Shown here piece by piece: positions 1 to 8,242 of a DNA stretch of 64,000 bases; position 1 is the stretch's first letter; every line of letters begins with the position of its first letter. This stretch comes from an uncultured Gemmataceae bacterium (lineage in GTDB: Bacteria > Planctomycetota > Planctomycetia > Gemmatales > Gemmataceae), in the NCBI GenBank assembly GCA_963750165.1, contig CAVVPN010000003.1:2016001-2080000 (forward strand), in the 5' to 3' direction. The translations under genes were made by a program, and so were the position numbers. Under the pieces are notes generated by a model. That model was not told the origin of the DNA, ran no database searches, and worked only from the letters and a program-made list of their open reading frames with translations.

Positions 1-578
1 TAGGGCAGCCCGAGAAGGACTATCGCGCAGCCCAGGATGATCAGCCCACCCCGGCCCAGCCACTTGTGGAGGACGTCCCAGCTCTGCCCGCAATAGTAGC
101 CAAGCAAGGACATGCTCACGGCCCAGGCCACCGCGCCCCCCACGTTGGCCAGGAGGAAGCGCGGCCAGGCCATCCCCGAAGTACCCGCGGCCAACGCTGC
201 CACCACCCGCAGACCGGCGATGAACCGGGAGAAGAAGATGGTCAACGTACCGTAGTGCTCGAAGTAGCCCTCGACAACCTGTAGGGTCCGGGGTGTCAGG
301 AAGAGGAAGCGCTTGCTCTGCTGGAGCCGGCGCCGGGCCCAGCGCCGCCCGAGCCAGAAGCCCAGGTTGTCGCCCAGCACGGCGGCGATCGCGGTGACGA
401 CCATGACGCAGACGAGGGAGAGCGGCGAGCCGGACCGGCTGGCGAGCAGGCTGGCCAACAGGACGGCGGTCTCGCCTGGTACCGGCAGCCCGGCGCTTTC
501 CGCCAATACGGCGGCGAAGAGGACAGGGTAGCCATAGAGGCTGAGCCACCCAGCCAGGGCCTGGAAGTTCTCATCCAC
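1..578 (-). CDS. DedA-family membrane protein (3' end outside window); paralogue of 5593-6870
   Basis: Manual translation from GTG at 578: MDENFQALAGWLSLYGYPVLFAAVLAESAGLPVPGETAVLLA...GDNLGFWLGR...RFIAGLR (DedA motifs); highly similar to 6293-6870. Confidence 0.85.
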   Translation of the reverse strand, partial: MDENFQALAGWLSLYGYPVLFAAVLAESAGLPVPGETAVLLASLLASRSGSPLSLVCVMVVTAIAAVLGDNLGFWLGRRWARRRLQQSKRFLFLTPRTLQVVEGYFEHYGTLTIFFSRFIAGLRVVAALAAGTSGMAWPRFLLANVGGAVAWAVSMSLLGYYCGQSWDVLHKWLGRGGLIILGCAIVLLGLP

Positions 579-600
579 GGGTTTCCCCTTCGATCGGACC

Positions 601-858
601 CTACCGCCTCTGCGGCGCCGCCCCAAACCACTGAATCAGACCGCAGTTGTCGCACATCAAGTTCGTGACTTTCTTCTCCGTCGCCCAGTTGAGGTGAGCG
701 AACGAGATGCCCACGGTACTCAGCAGGGCCGAACCCTCAATGAGTTCTTCGGCATGGCAGTGAGGGCAGCGCACCGGAAGTCCACCGGCGACGAACCGGC
801 TCGGACCTGGGTGGACGGCCGCATTCACATCCTGCGTGATCTCGTGCCAGATGCTCAT
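601..858 (-). CDS. Small zinc-ribbon protein
   Basis: Two CxxC pairs (CPHC, CDNC) in 85 aa. Confidence 0.65.
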   Translation of the reverse strand: MSIWHEITQDVNAAVHPGPSRFVAGGLPVRCPHCHAEELIEGSALLSTVGISFAHLNWATEKKVTNLMCDNCGLIQWFGAAPQRR

Positions 859-914
859 GGGGTTTCTCTCTTCTTAGTTCATGCCTTGCCCGGCCACCCC
901 GAGCCTCTCCGCCA

Positions 915-1291
915 TCATCCTTGGACGACCAGCAGGTCTGCATGGATCCACGCTTCGGCCTGCTCAGCCTCGCTAGTGCGGTCGAAGTACCGGATCGTGG
1001 CGGTGGTAAAAGGCTTGCAGAACACGGTCATGCCGTGCTCCCACGCTTTCTCGCCAACCAGAGCGAGGCGTTCGATGTCACGGAAGTGCTTCAGATCGAA
1101 CTTGATGTCCTGCCAGAGCGCACCGCCGTCCAGCCGTGGAAATCGTGCATTTGAACCAGCATCCGCAGCTTGCCGTGCTGCTTGACCAGACGCTCCACTT
1201 CCGGGATGAAACGCTCGTAGTCATCCTTTGTGAGCTTGCCCGTGAGGTTGATCACCAGAATCTTCCCATCCTCGTGCAAATCAACTGACAT
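915..1291 (-). pseudogene. SpoIIAA-like (STAS/SEC14) protein, frameshifted near 1125
   Basis: MSVDLHEDGKILVINLTGKLTKDDYE...HDFHGWTA continues in another frame as ALWQDIKFDLKHFRDIERLALVGEKAWEHGM; adding one G restores the frame. Confidence 0.8.
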
Positions 1292-1348
1292 GACTCATCT
1301 CCTCAAATGCTTTGAAATCCCGTATCACACGTGATCACCGTAGCGCGG

Positions 1349-1573
1349 CTAACACACCTCGATCTCGTTTGCCAGGATAGGCAGGTCTGTTATTTCCATG
1401 ACTAAATGTTGGGCGAGTTGCTTGGCATGGTAGGTGCGCGCACTCCCGTGAAGGACAACCCCGTCGTTTCGACACAACACCCGAAGCTGACGAACGCGTG
1501 AGCCCAACCGAGTCTGAAGATGCGTCGCAAGCCGGGTTTCCTTTTCCGAGGTTCTGTCATCTACGTCTGTCAT
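1349..1573 (-). CDS. BON-domain-like protein
   Basis: VVLHGSARTYHAKQLAQH...ANEIEV pattern typical of small planctomycete BON proteins. Confidence 0.7.
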   Translation of the reverse strand: MTDVDDRTSEKETRLATHLQTRLGSRVRQLRVLCRNDGVVLHGSARTYHAKQLAQHLVMEITDLPILANEIEVC

Positions 1574-1669
1574 CGTGATCTCCGTAGCGAAGTCCCTGGA
1601 GAATCTGTCCGGACTCCTCGAACTCGTGGGCCGACCGTCAGCCGGCCCACGAAGTGTCGCCTGGGAGCA

Positions 1670-1948
1670 CTACGCCTTGGTGGCCATCGCCGGAATATGC
1701 TTTCCGGATTCGATGGCCGTCGCCACGGTCTTGTCGTCCTTGGACGTGGTCACACGGACGCACGTCCCCGCCTTCAGGTCCGCGGCCTTGCTGGCCTTAC
1801 CGTCACAGGTCACCTTGGCGTCCTTGGCCATCGTGTGACAGTGCTGTTTGCCTTCGTTGCACGTCGTCGTGAGCTTGTCGCCTGCCACGCTGACGACTTT
1901 GCCTTCGTGCGTCTTGCCGTCGTGCGTCTTCGCGCAAGTTTCCGTCAT
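1670..1948 (-). CDS. Small conserved hypothetical protein (predicted beta-rich)
   Basis: AAGGAG RBS before ATG 1948; THEGKVVSVAGDKLTTT...AKDAKVTCDGK...DLKAG. Confidence 0.65.
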   Translation of the reverse strand: MTETCAKTHDGKTHEGKVVSVAGDKLTTTCNEGKQHCHTMAKDAKVTCDGKASKAADLKAGTCVRVTTSKDDKTVATAIESGKHIPAMATKA

Positions 1949-2200
1949 AACAGTCTCCTTGAATGTGAAACGAACCCTTCGAGCAGACGCAACATGCGGC
2001 CGCCCAGACCAATGTGTGCCTCGTTGCGGGAGGGACAGCGGCGAGTCACCTCGCGAGTGCTGCCCATTTCGACCAGAGGCGGTCGAATTCAACCGCCACG
2101 CGTACGAGACGACGATGTCGTTCGGGACGCTGTTGACGCCTCGCCACGCGAAGGGCAGGCCCGGATGTTCCGGGCCTGCGGTGCATCGTTTCCCGATCTC

Positions 2201-2626
2201 TTACGCCGGCGCGGCTACTGGCGCTTTGGGCTGTTGGCCAGCCGGTGCCTTCCCACTAACGCGCGCAGCTGCCGGCAGCTCCCCTCCAGTTGCAATTGTT
2301 TTGGGCTTGGTTTCCGCGGCTCCCGATTTGATGGCGACTTTCACAGCATCTTCCATCGGATCTTTGAAGGGCACCTCGATCCGGAGGAGGCCGTTCTCGT
2401 AGGTCGCTTCGGCCTTGCCAGGCTTGACCGCCCAACCTAAAGCCAGTGCTGCAACATACTCGATGTCCCGTGCTGGCGCTGTCAGGTGAACGCTGTCTTC
2501 CAGGATCTTCACATCGATGGTATCCGATGGCGCTCCTGGGATGGCGAACTCCACAACCAGCTTGTGGTTCTCGCCGTCAGCATACGCCACGGTATCGGGC
2601 GCAACCTTCATTTGAAATTTCGGCAT
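2201..2626 (-). CDS. Hsp20/alpha-crystallin family protein
   Basis: EFAIPG...IDVKI...AEATYENGLLRIEVP signature; AGGAG RBS. Confidence 0.85.
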   Translation of the reverse strand: MPKFQMKVAPDTVAYADGENHKLVVEFAIPGAPSDTIDVKILEDSVHLTAPARDIEYVAALALGWAVKPGKAEATYENGLLRIEVPFKDPMEDAVKVAIKSGAAETKPKTIATGGELPAAARVSGKAPAGQQPKAPVAAPA

Positions 2627-2715
2627 TTTGACACTCTCCTTTTGGGTAACTGTTTACACACGATGCATGTGAACTTGTGGGGGTCTCCAGTTTGTGGCCC
2701 CCTCCAGAGGGACGG

Positions 2716-3474
2716 TTACTTCTTGCTAACCGCGAGCTTGAAATCGTGCTCAGCATCAGGACCATTGGACGGGTGTCCTGTGACTTTGATCGTGAAGTCG
2801 CCCGTGGCAGCATCGTCCGCAACCTTGACCATCAGTTTTGCTTCGGTCTCTCCGTGCTTGATGATCGGAGCGGCGGGATCGATGGTAACCCCTTTGGGCA
2901 TGTCGTCGAACTTGAGCGCGACGTCCTCGTCAAAGTGCTTATCGCGCTTGATGCTGATCGAGACCTCTTTCCTCTCACCCTGCTTGAGTCCGGTGGACGA
3001 AGATGGCACACTCAGTGTAAACGTGTCTTTCTTCTCCACGCTGATTTTGAATTCATTGGCGGCGTCAGCGCCCTTGGTCGGGTGGCCCGTCACCTTGACC
3101 ATAAAGTCACCCAGGGAGGCGTTCTGCCCGGCTTTAAGCATCAATTTCGCTTCCGTCTCCCCGTGCTTGATGACGGGAGCGGCGGGATCGATGGTAACCC
3201 CTTTGGGCAGCTCGTTGAACTTGAGCGTGACATCCTGGTCGAAGTTCTTGCCCCGCTTCAAGCTGATAACGACTTTGGCCGTCTCTCCCTGCTTGACGGT
3301 GGTTGAGTTGAGAGGCAGGTTGGAAGGCACGCTCAGATCGAACGTGTTGTCTGCTTCTCCATAGAGAGGTTTCTTTTGGTCCGAGCCGGCTCCCGGACCT
3401 CCCGGAGTGCCCTTATCGCAACCAGTAAGGGAGACCAGCGCCAGCACCAACAACACGGTTAATGAACTCTTCAT
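2716..3474 (-). CDS. Lipoprotein with two tandem ~100-aa Ig-like repeats
   Basis: Signal peptide with lipobox LTG-C; internal duplication (PKGVTIDPAAP[V/I]IKHGETEAKLM twice). Confidence 0.75.
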   Translation of the reverse strand: MKSSLTVLLVLALVSLTGCDKGTPGGPGAGSDQKKPLYGEADNTFDLSVPSNLPLNSTTVKQGETAKVVISLKRGKNFDQDVTLKFNELPKGVTIDPAAPVIKHGETEAKLMLKAGQNASLGDFMVKVTGHPTKGADAANEFKISVEKKDTFTLSVPSSSTGLKQGERKEVSISIKRDKHFDEDVALKFDDMPKGVTIDPAAPIIKHGETEAKLMVKVADDAATGDFTIKVTGHPSNGPDAEHDFKLAVSKK

Positions 3475-3629
3475 ACGGAAGCACCTTTCTGAACGCCGGA
3501 GCCGCATGTATTCACTATGTGTGAGATCCACGGGGCTCCGTAACAAGGTCGTTAGGAACAGCAAGTAGAAACTGAGATAACGCGGATTGCGTGGAGGGCT
3601 GGGGCCACCCGCCATTCGCTGCCATGCGG

Positions 3630-3791
3630 TTAGATTCTCCCCATGAGGACAAACACCAGGACGATCACCAGGATCAGTCCCAGGCCTCCGGTTGGCCCGT
3701 AACCCCAATTCCGGCTATGCCCCCAGGTCGGCAAGGCTCCCAGGATAAGCATGACCAGGAAGACCATCAGAATGATGCCTAGCAAAGACAT
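3630..3791 (-). CDS. DUF3309-family small membrane protein
   Basis: Manual translation: MSLLGIILMVFLVMLILGALPTWGHSRNWGYGPTGGLGLILVIVLVFVLMGRI. Confidence 0.85.
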   Translation of the reverse strand: MSLLGIILMVFLVMLILGALPTWGHSRNWGYGPTGGLGLILVIVLVFVLMGRI

Positions 3792-3836
3792 GAGAGATAC
3801 CTTTCATCGGTTAGAGAGTCCCCATAACACACCGCC

Positions 3837-4238
3837 CTAACGAACGCCATGTCGATGGCCTCGTTCCCCGTGATTCTGGAACATCCTGTTGTTGTCCCGG
3901 TAGTGGCTGTCCACGCTCGCCTGGCTCTCCTTGACGGCCTTCTCGGCGTCCAGCCTTTCATGCTCGTGACGCGCCTCCGAGCCGACCCGCCGGTCGGAGT
4001 TCTCATTCTTTCCTTCCACCAACTCTTGCTCCGCTTCCAGCCAGAACTGGACACCGTCCCCGGTCGGCTGTCCGGCGGCCTCCCATTTCTGGTAGGCACA
4101 AAGCCGAATGGCCTCCTCCGAAACCAACATTCCATGGTGGTTGTTGTCGCAGGAGGCAACGGCTGCCTTCATCGGAGTCGTCGATTGGTCTGGATGAGCG
4201 TCTGCCGGGACTGCATGTTTGTGGTGGCGTTTGGTCAT
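3837..4238 (-). CDS. DUF2934-domain protein
   Basis: EAIRLCAYQKWEAAGQPTGDGVQFWLEAEQEL motif; AAGGAG RBS. Confidence 0.8.
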   Translation of the reverse strand: MTKRHHKHAVPADAHPDQSTTPMKAAVASCDNNHHGMLVSEEAIRLCAYQKWEAAGQPTGDGVQFWLEAEQELVEGKNENSDRRVGSEARHEHERLDAEKAVKESQASVDSHYRDNNRMFQNHGERGHRHGVR

Positions 4239-4275
4239 GATTTCGCTCCTTTGATCCCGAGAATAGCTGGAGTTG

Positions 4276-4788
4276 TTACTGTTGCGAATCCACGTGTCTG
4301 GTCTTGCTGTGCCGGTCCGCATCCTGGCTATGGTCGTGCGCGGAGGCAGCCTGCTTCGGGGCATTGACATCAAGATCGCCCGGTGCATTGCCGCTCCACG
4401 TTTCTGGAGGAGCACTGCCAGCCAGTTGGAAGACTTGCACAACATTACCGGTCGTGAACGCCTGCACGACGGCACCGCTTTTCGGCTCGATTTCCGCAGT
4501 CGCCTCGCGCACGTCCATCCCGGTGATTCTTCTGATCTCCTGCCGCAACGAGTCAGAGGAGTTGGCGAACAGTTGTCGGTGGAACTCCTGCATCTGAGCG
4601 GCACCTTCCGGAGTCTTGGCCAGGTTTCTTTCGGCCGGCGACAAGGCATCGTGAAGCGTGATCACCAGGGTTCCCTCGCTCAGGACCACGGTCACGGATT
4701 TGGGCACGTGGTTGCCCGTTCGTCGCTGCTCGAAAGCGATAGCCGCCTGGGCAATCTGTTGCGCCATGGTTGATTTGGCCCTGTCCAC
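4276..4788 (-). CDS. DUF2294 / MpsC-family protein (divergent subtype)
   Basis: QQIAQAAIAFEQRRTG..PKSVTVVL..TLVITLHDALSPAERNLA, homologous to the other DUF2294 copies. Confidence 0.75.
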   Translation of the reverse strand: MDRAKSTMAQQIAQAAIAFEQRRTGNHVPKSVTVVLSEGTLVITLHDALSPAERNLAKTPEGAAQMQEFHRQLFANSSDSLRQEIRRITGMDVREATAEIEPKSGAVVQAFTTGNVVQVFQLAGSAPPETWSGNAPGDLDVNAPKQAASAHDHSQDADRHSKTRHVDSQQ

Positions 4789-4836
4789 TGAGGTTCCCCC
4801 TTCGTCCCCGGCAACCGTCGAGTACCACCGCGAGCG

Positions 4837-4889
4837 AAAAAAAAAGCCGGCGTGGCCGAACACCCCAAGGTATTCGACCACGCCGGCTT
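4837..4889 (-). terminator. Intrinsic terminator in the 5' leader of the DUF2294 gene (attenuator candidate)
   Basis: Minus strand AAGCCGGCGTGGTCGAATACC-TTGG-GGTGTTCGGCCACGCCGGCTT followed by a T run, ~50 nt before the start codon. Confidence 0.75.
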
Positions 4890-5191
4890 ACTCGTCTGAC
4901 GGACCCCTCGGCACGGCCGGGTTGTCGTTCAGCTAGTCTTCCGACAAGATCAACCGAAGTCTTTTGCGGAGCCGGTAAAGAACCGAAACTCCCCTTCACC
5001 CTTTAATGTACGCCTCGCGACGGGGAACGACAAGGGGAAGGCCGGGAAGGCCGGTGGATCATCGCCCCGCGCCCGGTATCATCATCCCTGGGACGGTCCG
5101 GGAACCGCAGGCCCGCATGCTCCTGCCGTGCCGTCCAGGCCCGGCGCTCGCGCGGGTGCCGAACAGGACTCGGAACGATTTGGAAGTTGCC

Positions 5192-5572
5192 ATGAAGACG
5201 CAGGGGGAAATCGAAGCCGGCATCTGCGAAGGGATGACGCGGTTTGAGCAGGAATACATGGGCCGGGGGCCCAAGGACATTCACGCCCACCTGATCGGTG
5301 ACCTGCTCGTGGTCCGCCTCCAGGGCGTCCTGACCGCAGCCGAACGGCAACTGGTCAAGACGCTGCCGACCGAAAAGGGGCGGAACCTGCTCAAAGAAGT
5401 CCGCACGCAGCTGATGGAAACGGCGCGACCGGTCCTGGAAGCGCTGGTCCAGGAGGTCACTGGCGTCAAGGCATTGAGCCTGCACCACGACATCAGCACC
5501 GTTACCGGCGAAGAGGTCGTGCTCTTCACCCTGTCCGGATCGCCTGCGTTCTGCGAAATGAAGAAGAAATAA
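5192..5572 (+). CDS. DUF2294 / MpsC-family protein
   Basis: MKTQGEIEAGICEG...EYMGRGPKDIHAHLIGDLLVVRLQGVLTAAE...HHDISTVTGEEVVLFTL. Confidence 0.9.
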   Translation: MKTQGEIEAGICEGMTRFEQEYMGRGPKDIHAHLIGDLLVVRLQGVLTAAERQLVKTLPTEKGRNLLKEVRTQLMETARPVLEALVQEVTGVKALSLHHDISTVTGEEVVLFTLSGSPAFCEMKKK

Positions 5573-5592
5573 GGCCCTCTGGGCGGCGTCGC

Positions 5593-6870
5593 TTACGGGC
5601 TTTTCGCCGGCAGGGCAGGTCGGGGTCCCCACCCCTGCCCTTCCAGCCACCACAGCCCGAGGAAGAGCACCAGGCCCCCCGCCACGTACTCCACGAGGAC
5701 TTCCGTCAACAGCTGTTCGTGCGACCAGACCACGCTGAATCCGATGAGGAAGGCGAGGGTGACCGCCAGGGCGCCGACCGTGCGACCCCACGCCGGGAGT
5801 GGCCGCTGGAAGAGATGTGCCATCATCCCGTAGACCGCCGCCCCTCGGAGCGGGGCCAACCCGGCGAAGCCAAAGGGCCAGGCCAGGGCCTTGGCCGGCT
5901 CGACGTCCTCGTGCCGGAGCAGGCCGAGGAGAACAAGTCCCACCCCTTCGCTCGCCACGAGGGCCCACAAGAGCGCGACCGCCTCCCGCCACGGGCGACC
6001 GTCCTGCCACAACCGCACCATGAAGAGCGCCACGACGGCAGCAACGGCGGGGAGGCTCCCCAGATAGCTCCCCCCGGTCGCCATGGCGTCCAGCCACGGA
6101 ACGTGCCGGTCCGCGATCCATTGCTCGACCTGCCGGTCCTCATTCGGCGGCGCGGGGTGACGCTCGGCCAGCATCACGATCACCTCCAGGCAGACCACGA
6201 CGAGGACTGCCGCGACGACCCCTTGCCAGACCTGGGAGCGGAGCAGGCGGTCCCATGAGCCGGCCGGCAGCCGCTGGACACGCCGCCACAGGTAGGGCAG
6301 CCCGAGAAGGAGGACCGCGCAGCCCAAGAGGATCAGCCCACCCCGGCCCAGCCACTTGTGCAGGGCGTGCCAGCTCTGCCCGCAGTAGTAACCCAGTAAA
6401 GACATGCTCACGGCCCAGGCCACCGCGCCCCCCGCGTTGGCCAGGAGGAAGCGCGGCCAGGCCATCCGCGAGGTGCCGGCGGCCAGCGCTGCCACCACGC
6501 GCAGCCCGGCGATGAACCGGGCGAAGAAGATGGTCAAGGTGCCGTAGTGCTCGAAGTAGCCCTCGACAACCAGCAAGGTTCGGGGGGTCAGGAAAAGGAA
6601 GCGCTTGCCCTGCTGAAGCCGGCGCCGAGCCCAGCGCCGCCCGAGCCAGAAGCCCAGGTTGTCGCCCAGCACGGCGGCGACGGCGGCGACGACCATGACC
6701 CAGACGAGGGAGAGCGGCGAGCCGGGCCGGCTGGCGAGCAGGCCGGCCAGAAGGACGGCGGTCTCACCGGGTACTGGCAGCCCGGCGGTTTCTGCGAGTA
6801 CGGCGGCAAAGAGGATAGGGTAGCCATAGAGGCTGAGCCACCCGGCCAGGGCCTGGAAGATCTCATCCAC
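5593..6870 (-). CDS. DedA-family protein with C-terminal PAP2-like membrane region
   Basis: N-terminal DedA motifs (LPVPGE, GDNLGFWLG, RFIAGLR); multi-TM C-terminal half resembles a degenerate PAP2 domain. Confidence 0.85.
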   Translation of the reverse strand: MDEIFQALAGWLSLYGYPILFAAVLAETAGLPVPGETAVLLAGLLASRPGSPLSLVWVMVVAAVAAVLGDNLGFWLGRRWARRRLQQGKRFLFLTPRTLLVVEGYFEHYGTLTIFFARFIAGLRVVAALAAGTSRMAWPRFLLANAGGAVAWAVSMSLLGYYCGQSWHALHKWLGRGGLILLGCAVLLLGLPYLWRRVQRLPAGSWDRLLRSQVWQGVVAAVLVVVCLEVIVMLAERHPAPPNEDRQVEQWIADRHVPWLDAMATGGSYLGSLPAVAAVVALFMVRLWQDGRPWREAVALLWALVASEGVGLVLLGLLRHEDVEPAKALAWPFGFAGLAPLRGAAVYGMMAHLFQRPLPAWGRTVGALAVTLAFLIGFSVVWSHEQLLTEVLVEYVAGGLVLFLGLWWLEGQGWGPRPALPAKSP

Positions 6871-7027
6871 GGCTTCCCCTTGATCGGGCTTTCGGGAGTC
6901 TCACGATCGCGCCATTCCTTTTGCCGATGCGGACGGCGGCGGTGCGGACCTTGTCGGCGAGTTTCGTTTCGAGCAGGTCGTAATTGAAGCCGATGACGAC
7001 CAACTCGCCCTTGGGCTGTTTGGCCAC
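6863..7027 (-). pseudogene. Short ORF, possible truncated DUF3102-like N-terminus
   Basis: GGAG RBS; VAKQPKGELVVIGFNYDLLETKLADKVRTAAVRIG; resemblance by eye only. Confidence 0.3.
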
Positions 7028-7312
7028 GGTTTGCTCTCCGGTGCAGGCGATGGTTTTGCTGCCGTGGGCGGATACCGTTAACTGCGTCTACCTCTCTACA
7101 CATCTGCCGTTGTTTCGGCAACGCCTGGTTTTGCTTGGGGGAATCGTGGCAATTGTTCCTTCGGGTGATTTCAGAGCGCGTGAAAAGAAGACGCTTGTAT
7201 CGATGCGCCAGCTGGCGGCCCAAAGCTCGCCGTACAGAAGGGTTGACGCACCGCCTGGGAAGTCCGCAGCGGCTGTCCGACCATCAACCGTTTCAAGGCT
7301 TCCACCATGCGG

Positions 7313-8167
7313 CTACCCGAAGCGAGGCGCTCCGGCCAGGGAAAAGATGACCACTTCTTCGCCGGTCACGGTGCTGATGTCATGGTGCATACTCAACACC
7401 TTGACGCCAGTGACCTCGTGGACCAGAGATTCCAGCATCGGGCGTGCCAACTCCAGCAGTTGCTTCCGTACTTGCTTGATGAGATCCCTTCCTTTCTCCG
7501 GCGACAACGATTTGCCGAGTTGGCGTTCGGCCAGCGTCAAAACACCTTGAATGCGGACCACCAGGAGGTCTTTGATGAGATGGGTGTGGATGTGCTCCGA
7601 CCGCCATCCCAGATACTCCTCTTGAAAGCGAATGATCCCATCACAGATCGCCGCCTCGCACTCTGCTTGCGTAAGGGTTTTTGACTTGCGCTCGTTCCTG
7701 ATTCGTCGAGCTTCGTCAATCGGCAAGCGCCGCTCTGCTCCGACACCCGCACGCTCTTTCGCCCGTTTTGGCGCTTGGCCCGCACCTGAGACCGCGACAC
7801 TGGCTAAGACCGCTTTTATTTCTGTCAGAGCAACGGGCTTGACGAGGACTGCATCGCACCCGGCCTTCATCGCCGAGGATCTGTGTTCCTCGTCTTTCTG
7901 GCCTGTGATGGCCACGATTTTCGTTTGAGCGAAGGCACGAATCTGGCGAAAGCGCGTAACGAGACCACAGCCATTCATGTCAGGCATGACCAAATCGACC
8001 AGCATCAGATCCGGCCGAAATGCGGTTGCAACTTCCAGTGCCTTCGCCCCGCCATAGGTCACATGCACCTGGTTGCCGAGTTCCTCAATCAGCAAACCCA
8101 AGGCGTCAGCGCCGTCGCGGTTGTCATCAACTACGAGAACCCGAAGAGTCTTATCGGTCGCAGGCAT
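7313..8167 (-). CDS. Receiver (REC) domain fused to DUF2294/MpsC domain
   Basis: RVLVVDD...DLVMPDMNG...TG...KP receiver motifs, then KTLTQAECEAAICDG...HHDISTVTGEEVVIFSL. Confidence 0.9.
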   Translation of the reverse strand: MPATDKTLRVLVVDDNRDGADALGLLIEELGNQVHVTYGGAKALEVATAFRPDLMLVDLVMPDMNGCGLVTRFRQIRAFAQTKIVAITGQKDEEHRSSAMKAGCDAVLVKPVALTEIKAVLASVAVSGAGQAPKRAKERAGVGAERRLPIDEARRIRNERKSKTLTQAECEAAICDGIIRFQEEYLGWRSEHIHTHLIKDLLVVRIQGVLTLAERQLGKSLSPEKGRDLIKQVRKQLLELARPMLESLVHEVTGVKVLSMHHDISTVTGEEVVIFSLAGAPRFG

Positions 8168-8242
8168 AAGGTCCTTTCCTTTCGCGAGCCTACGGCTTTG
8201 GTGATGCCAGAACCGCAAGTCATCATCGCCGCTCCGTGGGCA

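Noticed and set aside
2716..3350. DNA direct repeat as DGR template/variable region or mobile element
   Set aside because: In-frame domain duplication within a lipoprotein; no reverse transcriptase and no adenine-specific variation evident.
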